NCBI GenBank assembly: GCA_903904005.1
Contig: CAIVAR010000185.1
Span: forward strand, 17,052 to 81,051
Direction of reading: 5' to 3'
Source of the DNA: an uncultured Anaeromyxobacter sp.
GTDB taxonomy: Bacteria; Myxococcota; Myxococcia; Myxococcales; Anaeromyxobacteraceae
DNA length: 64,000 nucleotides
In this document: in pieces, positions 6,193 to 14,169 of the stretch
How the letters are laid out: every line of letters begins with the position of its first letter
How positions within the stretch are numbered: position 1 is the stretch's first letter
Translations under genes and position numbers: made by a program
The notes under the pieces: model-generated
Databases searched by the model: none
What the model was told of the DNA's origin: nothing
What the model saw: only the letters and a program-made list of their open reading frames with translations

Positions 6193-8979
6193 TCAATACA
6201 GGTTTGCGAGCATCCACTGCGCCCAGAAGGCACGCAGGGCCAGGTAGCCGCCGGTCGTGTAGTAGTGGACGCCGTCCGAGGCCAGGAACTGGGAGTGGGA
6301 CTGGCCCCACGCCCACTGGTCGGGGCCGGGAACCACCGTCGGGTTGGCCGCGAGGAGCTCGGCGATCCAGCCGTTGAGGATCGGGCCGTTGACGGCGAGG
6401 TTGGCGTTGGTGCCGTAAGGGATGGTGCGGGGGACGATGACCACCTTGCCCGAGGCGTGCGCGGCATCGATCATCTGCTGCATGGCGTTCAGGAACATCG
6501 TCCGGTGGGCAGCGTCCCCGAAGTTCAGCGCCTCGTTGGTCCCGTAGGAGATGGACACGTAACGCCCCTGGGCCGTGCCGAGCCATCCGGTGAAGGCCGG
6601 AGCGGCGTCCCAGGAGGCCTCGCCCACGATTCCCGCGCCCTGCAGGACCGGCATCTTCCCGGGTCGGGCCGCCAGGATCATGTCGGGAAGGCTCTGGGCG
6701 GCGACGCCGGCCGCCGTCGCGTCGGCCGTTCCGTAGGGGTTGTGGGTGGCCCAGCCCACGTTGATGGAGTCGCCGAAGAACGTCACGTCGTCGTTGGTTC
6801 CCTGGCTGGCGTCGTGGACGTCGAAGAAGGCCTTCACGGCCCCACCGCCCTGCGCCGCGGTGACACGAAGGCGGATCCAGTTGTAGATGGTGGTGCCGCT
6901 CGTCAGGCTGACGAGGTGCTGCCTTCCGGACCAGGTGTTTCCCGTGACGGAGGCCAGCGTGACCCAGCCGGCGTCGCCGTCGGCAGGCGGGGCGGATCCG
7001 CCGGCGCGTGCGTGCGCCTGGATCGAGTAGGTCGACGGGCCACCCGAGCCGACCGTGAAGTCGGTCCGGTTGACGTCGTGGTGGACGTAGGCCACGACCT
7101 GGCCGCGCTGGTGGGCGGGGACGCCCGAGAGGTCGTAGGCGAGCCAGGCGGGATTCTCGCCCGCCGAGGTCCACGGGACCGCGTAGTACGGAGCCGCGTT
7201 GGCCGCCGAAGCGGTACCGCTCGAGGCATGGGCCGGAACGCCACGCGAGACGATGGGCGTCGGAGGGACCTTCGAGAGGAACGCCTCGCCGACCGCTGTC
7301 AGGTAGGGATTCGTTCCGGTCGTCACGTTCGTGCAACCGTTGTCGATGGTCCAGATGATCGTTCCGCCGAGCCCGTTGTCGCGCACGTACCGGGCCTTGG
7401 CCTGGATCGAGGCCTCGTCCTCCCAGGTCATGAAGCCGATCGGGAACCAGGCCTGGCTCCAGTCGTTGGTGCCGGCCGGGGCCCAGCTGGTGGCCGACGA
7501 GAGCGCGTACATCTTGGCGCCCGGGTCCCACACCTTCGTGGCGTGGCCCGGGTACTCGGCCAGGTAGTGCTTGATGATGTTCGAACTGCGGAGGAGGAAG
7601 TCCTGCCCCCCGTGGTCCGAGCCCCCGTAGGCCTGGTTGGGGCCGGTGTTGGGCGCCTCGGTGGCGTGGCCGTAGAACCCGATGCCGATGCCGATCTTGG
7701 CCGCCGGGATCCCGGCTGCGCGATAGGCGGCGACGGTGGAGGCGATGGACGTCGGCGTCAGCGTGCCGGCCCCGTCCAGCGCCGCGAAGAACCAGGTGTT
7801 CCAGCCCCAGTTCGCCGTCATGTCGTAGGACATGACGTTGAACTGGTCCACGACGTTCGCGACCTGGAGCGCCCAGCTGGCCGGGAAGGGGAGCCCGATG
7901 TTGCGGTTCACCCAGGGTGCGGGGAAGGTCAGGATGACCGTCGGCCGGGCAGCGCGCAGATCCTGGAGCAGCGCGAGGATCCTCCGCTGGGTGTCCGGGT
8001 ACGTGCCCGAATTGTCCAGGTACTCCTCCCAGTCGATGTCGACGCCGTCGAATCCGTACTGGTCGAGCAGCGCCAGGATGCTGGCCACGAACCCCGGGCG
8101 GTTCGCGTCGCTGGACGCGGCGTACCAGGAGGCGGCGTCCCCCATCCCTCCGGCCATCACCAGGGCCTTGACGCCGGCGGCGTGGGCCTTGGCCACGAGC
8201 GGCGCGGCCAGCGTGTTGCCGTAGGTGCCCGCGGCGAGCGTGAGCGTGCCGTTGGCGTTGGGCTGGGCACGGGCGAACATGAAGTGGGAGAGGCGAGACA
8301 TGTCGACGAGGTCGTGGGGGTAGTAGGTGTCGCCGTAATAGGCCGCGTAGTACCCGGTGACCCACGGGCGCTTGACGACCCCCGAGCCCCCGGATGTCGA
8401 GACGGTCACCGTTGCGACGTCCTTCTTCGATCCGTCCGCGACGCTCGTGGCGATCACGTGGCAGGTGGTGGCCGAAGCCGGAGCGACGTAGGCGCCGTTC
8501 GAGGAGATGGAGCCGCAGCCGGACGTCTCCTGGAGCGACCAGGCAACGCCCGTGCTCGTCGTTCCGGAGACGGTCGCCGTGAAGGTCTGGGTGCCGCCGG
8601 GCGCGACGGTGACGGTCTTCGGCGAGATGGCGACCGTCACCACGGAGGGCGCCGTCACGGTGACCAGCGCCACCGCGGTTCGAGTCGGGTCCGCGGCGCT
8701 GGCGACGACGACGTGGAACGTGCCGCCCGACGCGGGAGCCGTGTAGAGCCCGGTCGACGTGATGGTTCCGCCGGAGGTACCTTCCTGTACCGTCCACGTC
8801 ACGCTCCGGACCGTGGTGCCGGTGACCGCGGCCGCGAAGAGCTGGGGCGATGACGGTGGCAACTCGGCACGGTCGGGCGCCACGGTCACCTGGACCGGCT
8901 CGGCCGGTGGCTCGGTGCCGCCACATGCGGCAAGGGCGACTACGGCGAAGGCCAGGACTGGGATCTGGGGGATTCTCAC
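6193..8979 (-). CDS. Multidomain lipoprotein: 2x Big_2 Ig-like + GH18 (chitinase-like) + discoidin/CBM32-like + SGNH/GDSL hydrolase
   Basis: Lipobox VALAACGG. Two Big_2-like repeats (GLYTAPASGGTFHVVVASAADPT). Intact GH18 catalytic motif FDGVDIDWEE (nt 8026..8049). SGNH blocks FFGDSINVG, YGTNEA and SDGVHYY. Confidence 0.85.
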   Translation of the reverse strand: MRIPQIPVLAFAVVALAACGGTEPPAEPVQVTVAPDRAELPPSSPQLFAAAVTGTTVRSVTWTVQEGTSGGTITSTGLYTAPASGGTFHVVVASAADPTRTAVALVTVTAPSVVTVAISPKTVTVAPGGTQTFTATVSGTTSTGVAWSLQETSGCGSISSNGAYVAPASATTCHVIATSVADGSKKDVATVTVSTSGGSGVVKRPWVTGYYAAYYGDTYYPHDLVDMSRLSHFMFARAQPNANGTLTLAAGTYGNTLAAPLVAKAHAAGVKALVMAGGMGDAASWYAASSDANRPGFVASILALLDQYGFDGVDIDWEEYLDNSGTYPDTQRRILALLQDLRAARPTVILTFPAPWVNRNIGLPFPASWALQVANVVDQFNVMSYDMTANWGWNTWFFAALDGAGTLTPTSIASTVAAYRAAGIPAAKIGIGIGFYGHATEAPNTGPNQAYGGSDHGGQDFLLRSSNIIKHYLAEYPGHATKVWDPGAKMYALSSATSWAPAGTNDWSQAWFPIGFMTWEDEASIQAKARYVRDNGLGGTIIWTIDNGCTNVTTGTNPYLTAVGEAFLSKVPPTPIVSRGVPAHASSGTASAANAAPYYAVPWTSAGENPAWLAYDLSGVPAHQRGQVVAYVHHDVNRTDFTVGSGGPSTYSIQAHARAGGSAPPADGDAGWVTLASVTGNTWSGRQHLVSLTSGTTIYNWIRLRVTAAQGGGAVKAFFDVHDASQGTNDDVTFFGDSINVGWATHNPYGTADATAAGVAAQSLPDMILAARPGKMPVLQGAGIVGEASWDAAPAFTGWLGTAQGRYVSISYGTNEALNFGDAAHRTMFLNAMQQMIDAAHASGKVVIVPRTIPYGTNANLAVNGPILNGWIAELLAANPTVVPGPDQWAWGQSHSQFLASDGVHYYTTGGYLALRAFWAQWMLANLY

Positions 8980-9070
8980 GGTCGCCTCTTCCCGCGCTCG
9001 AGTGACGTGCGCCTGAGGGTCATTGGACCAGAAAGCGCGCCCTCCGACATCGCCTGGTGGGGGGATGCGT

Positions 9071-9095
9071 CAAATATTACAGGTGCTTACATTGT
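9071..9095. promoter_or_regulatory. AT-rich island with TTACA-N5-TTACA direct repeat in the divergent promoter region; on the minus strand it reads TGTAATAT (sigma70 -10-like)
   Basis: caaatattacaggtgcttacattg is the only AT-rich patch in the 265-nt divergent intergenic region (8980..9244) of a roughly 70% GC locus. There is no experimental support. Confidence 0.25.
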
Positions 9096-9244
9096 GGCAT
9101 GCTGCGTCGAGGCTGCGCGGCACGGGGAGCGCCCCTGCTGGGGATGGCTATCCCGTCAACGAGGCATCGCCTCGAAAGGGGCTCTCGTGGATACTCCACG
9201 CCCCGGCGGGCCTCACGTCCGCCGTTCGGAGCGGGTCGGGGGTC

Positions 9245-11605
9245 ATGGCAAACGTGCAGGAACGTTCGGACGTCGCGAAGGCTGGCCAGGGAGTGGGGTT
9301 GCGAGAGGGGGAGACCCGGTGGGACCTCGCCTCCCGCATCCTCCGGGCGGTGACGGAGCGGGTCACGGCCGGGTTCCGGCTCCGGAGGTGCGACCATGTC
9401 GGTCGGCGTGCGCGAACCCGCTCCGCGCCACGCGTGGTGAACAGGGGCCGGATCGACATCGGCGACGACGTCATCCTCATGTCCCAGTGGAGCCCCGTCG
9501 AGCTGTTCACGGGACCCGGAGCGCAGCTCGAGATCGGCGATGGTGTCCACGTCAACTACGGAACCCTGATCTCGGCCCAGCGGCACGTGCGCATCGGCGA
9601 CCGCGTGCAGATCGGGCAGTACTGCATCATCGCCGACACGGACGGGCCCTCCGGCGACGACGTCGGTCCCGGCCCTGCCCGGCCCGTGGAGATCGGGCCA
9701 GGTGCCTGGCTTGCGGGGCGGGTGACGGTCCTGCCCGGTGTCCGGGTGGGGTCGGGCTCCGTGATCACCGCCGGCAGCATCGTCACCGAGGACGTTCCCG
9801 ACGGGGTGGTGGCCGGTGGAAATCCTGCGCGCGTGCTTCGGACGGTGGGCGAGGTGCCGGGAGTCCATCCGTCCGCCGAGACCACGGTCGAGGCGGCGAG
9901 TTCGCCTCCGGCCCAGGTGGCAGCGACCGCTGCCCCCCTTGCGCGCGGGACCCTCATCTCCGACTTCACCGTCGATCCCCTGGCGCGCTTCCTGGCCGAA
10001 TCCCGGGAGGGCGTCTCGCTCGAGGCCGAGGTGGCGCCGTTCGCCCAGGTGACCCAGACGATCCTCGGAGGGCCGAGCCCAGGTCACGAAGCCTTCGCCG
10101 TCGTCTGGACCCGGCCCGAGACGGCACTTCCCTCCTTCGCCCGCGCGCTCTCCGGAGAGGGGTTCTCCGACGTCGATCTCGTCGCCGACGTCGATGCCCA
10201 CTGCGTGCTCCTGGAGCGAGCCGTCGCAGCATGGAAGCTCGTTCTCGTCCCGACGTGGACCACTCCGCCCGGAAGGCGCGGGCTGGGCGCCCTGGACGGC
10301 CGGCAGGGCGGGGCCCGCGCGCTCGCCATCTGCAATGCCCGGCTCCTCGAGCGGCTGGCGACGATGCCCGGTGCGCTCGCCATGGATGCCACGAGGTGGA
10401 CCGTCCACGGGGGAAGGGCTGCGCAGGGCGACCGGGCCTGGTTCCTCGGAAAGGTTGCGTTCGGTGACCCGGTCCTCGTCGAGGCCGCGCGGGACGTCCA
10501 GGCCGCGGTGGTCGGGGCCCGGGGGAGTGCGAGGAAGCTCGTCATCGTGGACCTCGACGACACGCTCTGGGGCGGGATCGTGGGCGACGTCGGGTGGCAA
10601 GGGCTCAACCTGGGGGGTCACGATGCCCCCGGCGAGGCGTTCGTCGCCTTCCAGCGGCGCCTCAAGGAACTCACGCGGCGGGGAATCGTGCTCGCCATCG
10701 TCAGCAAGAACGAGGAGTCGACCGCGCTGGAGGCGATCCGGTCCCATCCCGAGATGGTCCTCCGGGAGGAGGACTTCGTGGCCTGGCGGATCAACTGGAC
10801 CGACAAGGCGCGGAACGTCGCGGACATCGTGGCGTCCCTCAACCTGGGCCTGCAGTCGGCCGTCTTCATCGACGACAACCCCGTCGAGCGCGCCCGGGTT
10901 CGCGAGGCGCTGCCCGAGGTCCTGGTTCCCGAGTGGCCGGAGGACAAGCTGCTCTACCCGTCCGCCCTCGACGAGCTGCGATGCTTCGACGTCACGACCA
11001 TCAGTGCGGAGGACGCCGAACGCACGCGCCTGTATGCCGCCGAGCGGAAGCGCGAGACGGCCCTGTCGGAGGTCGGATCCATCGACGCGTGGCTCGAGAA
11101 GCTCGACATCCGGGTGCGCGTGGAGCCCATCGGGGCCGGGAACCTGGGACGCGCGACCCAGCTGTTCAACAAGACCAACCAGATGAACCTGGCGACGCGC
11201 CGGCTCTCCGAGAAGGAACTGCTCGACTGGGCCTCCGCACCGGGGCACGGCGCCTTCGCGGTGAGCGTCTCCGATCGATACGGGGACGCCGGGCTGACCG
11301 GCATCGTGAGCGTGGCCGTCGACGCGGGCCGGGCGCGTGTCGTCGACTACCTCCTGTCGTGCCGGGTGATGGGGCGGAAGGTCGAGGAGGCGATGGTTCA
11401 CGTCGCCGTGAAGGCCGCCATCGACGCCGGCGCCACCTCGTTCGAGGCGGTGCTGCTGCCGACGAAGAAGAACAAGCCCTGCCTCGACTTCTGGGCGCGA
11501 AGCGGCCTGGAGAGGACGGCTCCGGAGACGTTCCGCTGGGACGTCTCCCAGCCGTACCCGCTCCCGTCCTGCATCCACCTGGAACGGCTGGGCGACGGAG
11601 CCTAG
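9245..11605 (+). CDS. Fusion: N-terminal left-handed beta-helix (LbH) acyltransferase + FkbH-like protein (HAD-IIIC phosphatase + C-terminal GNAT-like acyl-loading domain)
   Basis: Hexapeptide repeats (IGDGVHVNYGTLISAQRHVRIGDRVQIGQYCII...GGNPARV). HAD motif VIVDLDDTLWGG, followed by SKNEE, DDNP and a C-terminal LLSCRVMGRKVEE block typical of FkbH. The start is uncertain; ATG 9245 (MANVQERS) was chosen within ORF 9023..11605. Confidence 0.8.
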   Translation: MANVQERSDVAKAGQGVGLREGETRWDLASRILRAVTERVTAGFRLRRCDHVGRRARTRSAPRVVNRGRIDIGDDVILMSQWSPVELFTGPGAQLEIGDGVHVNYGTLISAQRHVRIGDRVQIGQYCIIADTDGPSGDDVGPGPARPVEIGPGAWLAGRVTVLPGVRVGSGSVITAGSIVTEDVPDGVVAGGNPARVLRTVGEVPGVHPSAETTVEAASSPPAQVAATAAPLARGTLISDFTVDPLARFLAESREGVSLEAEVAPFAQVTQTILGGPSPGHEAFAVVWTRPETALPSFARALSGEGFSDVDLVADVDAHCVLLERAVAAWKLVLVPTWTTPPGRRGLGALDGRQGGARALAICNARLLERLATMPGALAMDATRWTVHGGRAAQGDRAWFLGKVAFGDPVLVEAARDVQAAVVGARGSARKLVIVDLDDTLWGGIVGDVGWQGLNLGGHDAPGEAFVAFQRRLKELTRRGIVLAIVSKNEESTALEAIRSHPEMVLREEDFVAWRINWTDKARNVADIVASLNLGLQSAVFIDDNPVERARVREALPEVLVPEWPEDKLLYPSALDELRCFDVTTISAEDAERTRLYAAERKRETALSEVGSIDAWLEKLDIRVRVEPIGAGNLGRATQLFNKTNQMNLATRRLSEKELLDWASAPGHGAFAVSVSDRYGDAGLTGIVSVAVDAGRARVVDYLLSCRVMGRKVEEAMVHVAVKAAIDAGATSFEAVLLPTKKNKPCLDFWARSGLERTAPETFRWDVSQPYPLPSCIHLERLGDGA

Positions 11606-11609
11606 GGCG

Positions 11610-12386
11610 ATGCTCGGACCATTCCAGAGGTTGGTCGCCCGGCTGGACGGCGTCCCTGCGCCGGCGCTGGGACGCGGGATCACGCTGGAGGGTCGGCCGT
11701 GGGTGTCCTGCAAGGGACGCCTGGCCATCGGCGAACGGGCATACCTCTCGTCGAGCCCCGTGGTGTCCCATCTCGTCGTGGCGCGCGGGGCCGTCCTGGA
11801 GATCGGGGCCAGGGTCACCATCGGGCACGGGGCTGCGATCGCCGCTCACGGGGCCATCCGGATCGGAGAAGGGACGCGGCTCGGCCCGTTCGTCTCCATC
11901 TCCGACACCGACTTCCACGTGGCGGGCGAGCGTGAAGGGCGCCCGGCGATCACCCCGGTCACGATCGGCCGGAACGTGCGCATCGGTCCGCGCGTCACGA
12001 TCCTGCGCGGATCGGTGATCGGGGACGGCGCCACGGTCGAGGCGGGCAGCGTGGTGTCCGGCCTCGTGCCGGCGGGCTCCGTCTTCGGTGGGGTGCCGGC
12101 GCGGGATCGTTCGCTCGCAGCGACGGGCCAGGTCCAGGGCACGGGCCTCGCCGCGCTCGACGATCTGCCCGGCGTCGTGGGCCATGCACTCGGCGCGACG
12201 GAGGTGCTGACGCTCGACACGTGCCCGATCGACGTTCCGGCATGGGACTCGCTCGGCGCGCTCCGGGTCCTCCTCGCGCTCGAGGAGACCTACGCCGTCC
12301 GCCTCGACCAGCGTGGCGTCGGGGCTGCACGAACCGTGGGGGAACTCGCCGAGCTGGTCCGGTCGGCCCGCGGTCGGCCGTCCTGA
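11610..12386 (+). CDS. Fusion: LbH acyltransferase + C-terminal acyl/peptidyl carrier protein domain
   Basis: Hexapeptide repeats (IGARVTIGHGAAIAAHGAIRIGEGTRLG...GGVPA). The C-terminal ~70 aa carry a phosphopantetheine-site-like motif VPAWDSLGALRVLLALEE (Ser214, nt 12249..12251). The gene starts 4 nt after the FkbH-like stop. Confidence 0.8.
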   Translation: MLGPFQRLVARLDGVPAPALGRGITLEGRPWVSCKGRLAIGERAYLSSSPVVSHLVVARGAVLEIGARVTIGHGAAIAAHGAIRIGEGTRLGPFVSISDTDFHVAGEREGRPAITPVTIGRNVRIGPRVTILRGSVIGDGATVEAGSVVSGLVPAGSVFGGVPARDRSLAATGQVQGTGLAALDDLPGVVGHALGATEVLTLDTCPIDVPAWDSLGALRVLLALEETYAVRLDQRGVGAARTVGELAELVRSARGRPS

Positions 12387-12400
12387 AGTATCGACTGCGC

Positions 12401-14050
12401 TCAGGAGCGGGGAAGGGCGCGGACGGGTGCGGCCTCGGCGCCCGCCTCGTTCTCCGCCGGCGTGCGATCCCGGCCGCGGATCTCCGAGCGCGGTGCGAGC
12501 ACCAGCGAGCGCGCCGGGACCGACGTCGTGAGGAGCGCGCCAGCCTGGATCTTGGTGCCCTCGCCGACCACGATCGGGCCGAGGATGGTGGCTCCCGGGC
12601 CGACATGGACGTTTCGCTCGAGCCGGGGAGCGCCCACCTCCCGGGTGTCGGGGTCGATTCCCATGCCGATCGTGATCCCGTGGGCAAGGATGCAACCGGT
12701 GGCGATGCGCGCCCCGCCGGTGATCGCCATGCCCATCCCGTGCGAGATGACCACGCCGGGCTCGAACTCCACGTCCCAGTGGACGTCGGACCCGTAGAGG
12801 TGTCGGATGGTTCGCGAGGCGATCTTCGCCGCGAAGGGGACCGGGGAGTCACGGAAGTACCGCATCATTCGGATGGCGATCATCATCTGGAGGCCGATCT
12901 TCTGGATGGAGTCCCCGAGGAGTCGGCCGCGCATCGTCTGCTTTCCGTACTTGGCGTCCGTGGCCCGGTTCTGTTCGTAGTCGGCCCGGATCTCCGCGCG
13001 GAGTCGCGCCAGGTTGCCCTGCCCAGGTGCGGGTGCCGAACCTCCGTCCTCCGTCTTCAGGTGCCGCGACAGGTCTGCGATCATCGCCCTGGCTCCCATC
13101 TCCGCGGCCAGGCCGCGGTAGTAGTCGATCCCGAAGGTGACGCCGGTCCCGCGGTAGGCGACCCCCTTCATCCCGAGCCGGTCCGCAGCGGAGGAGATCG
13201 CGTACACGGTCCCGGCGGCGAGGTTCGCCACGAAGGGCACGGTCGAAGGACCGACCTTCAGGAGGGGGGCGACACGGCTCCCGGGGGCGAAGTGTCGCCA
13301 CGGGCTGGCATGCGGGATGTCGGCGTGCTTGCGGGCGATGATCACGTCGTAGCGGCCGTACCGCACCGCCCGTCCCCTCCACTTCGCGAGGCTCGTGTGG
13401 TCGGAGCCGTTGACGGTGCTCGCGCTTGGCGAGAAGCCGATCTCGACCCCGCTCTGCTCGAGCCGGAGACCGAGTTCCGAGTCCTCGGAGCGCTCGAGAG
13501 AGGGATCGAACCCGCCCACGCCCAGGTAGTCCGCCCGCCGAAACGACACGTTCGCCGTGTAGAGTTCGTTGCCGCGCAGCCGGGTTCCTGGCTGGGCGGC
13601 ACGGGCGGCAAAGTCCTCGAGGAGCTTCTGGTGCCACCGCTCGAAGAGCGGCATCCGGTCGAGGTCCGGGGGCGGGAGAATCGCCCCGAGCACGGCCCGG
13701 CGGCTGCCGGGCGGATGCTCCCGCGTGTGCTGCGACAGGAAATCCCGGCCGACCTGCATGTCGTCGTCGACGATGACGACCAGTTCGCCGCGTGCAGCCA
13801 GGACTCCCCGGTGGCGAGCCGCCGCCGCCCCGGCATTCTCCTGGCGATGGACGCGGACATCGAGGTCGAGTCCGAGGGCGGACACGCGGGGTGCCGCGGC
13901 CTCGGTCGACCCGTCGTCGACCACGACGACCTCGAACGCGCTGTGGTCGAGATCCTGGTCGGCCAGCTGTCGAAGCAGGCGCTCGAGGAGCGCGGGCCGC
14001 TCGAATGTGGCGATGACGACGCTGACGCGCGGTTGACTGGTCTCCCCCAT
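12401..14050 (-). CDS. Fusion: GT2 glycosyltransferase + C-terminal serine-O-acetyltransferase-like (CysE-type LbH) domain
   Basis: Start trimmed to MGETSQPRVSVVIATFERP. GT-A motifs VVVVDDGST and VIVDDDM. The C-terminus has a CysE-like helical region plus hexapeptides (GVVISHGMGMAITGGARIATGCILAHGITIG). Confidence 0.85.
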   Translation of the reverse strand: MGETSQPRVSVVIATFERPALLERLLRQLADQDLDHSAFEVVVVDDGSTEAAAPRVSALGLDLDVRVHRQENAGAAAARHRGVLAARGELVVIVDDDMQVGRDFLSQHTREHPPGSRRAVLGAILPPPDLDRMPLFERWHQKLLEDFAARAAQPGTRLRGNELYTANVSFRRADYLGVGGFDPSLERSEDSELGLRLEQSGVEIGFSPSASTVNGSDHTSLAKWRGRAVRYGRYDVIIARKHADIPHASPWRHFAPGSRVAPLLKVGPSTVPFVANLAAGTVYAISSAADRLGMKGVAYRGTGVTFGIDYYRGLAAEMGARAMIADLSRHLKTEDGGSAPAPGQGNLARLRAEIRADYEQNRATDAKYGKQTMRGRLLGDSIQKIGLQMMIAIRMMRYFRDSPVPFAAKIASRTIRHLYGSDVHWDVEFEPGVVISHGMGMAITGGARIATGCILAHGITIGMGIDPDTREVGAPRLERNVHVGPGATILGPIVVGEGTKIQAGALLTTSVPARSLVLAPRSEIRGRDRTPAENEAGAEAAPVRALPRS

Positions 14051-14169
14051 GGCGGGCGAGAGGTACCCTATCCGGGGGTGGGAGGATATCCGGTGATCGG
14101 GGGAGGCGAGCCGTCCAGATCGGAAGGGGGGCACCTTGACTCGTGGATGGATGCATCGGAGAAAAGGGC

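Noticed and set aside
6011-8926. 971-aa (-) and 892-aa (+, 6175..8853) ORFs overlapping the GH18 lipoprotein gene
   Set aside because: Arg/Gly/Pro/His-rich shadows. Only frame 6193..8979 (-) yields a lipobox, Big_2, DGVDIDWE and GDS motifs.
9094-9110. TGGCATGCTGCGTCGA as a possible sigma-54 promoter in the divergent region
   Set aside because: There is no TTGC-like -12 element at the required spacing.
9077-11821. 914-aa antisense ORF across the FkbH-like gene
   Set aside because: Low-complexity G/R/P/D-rich sequence antisense to a gene with clear HAD and LbH motifs.
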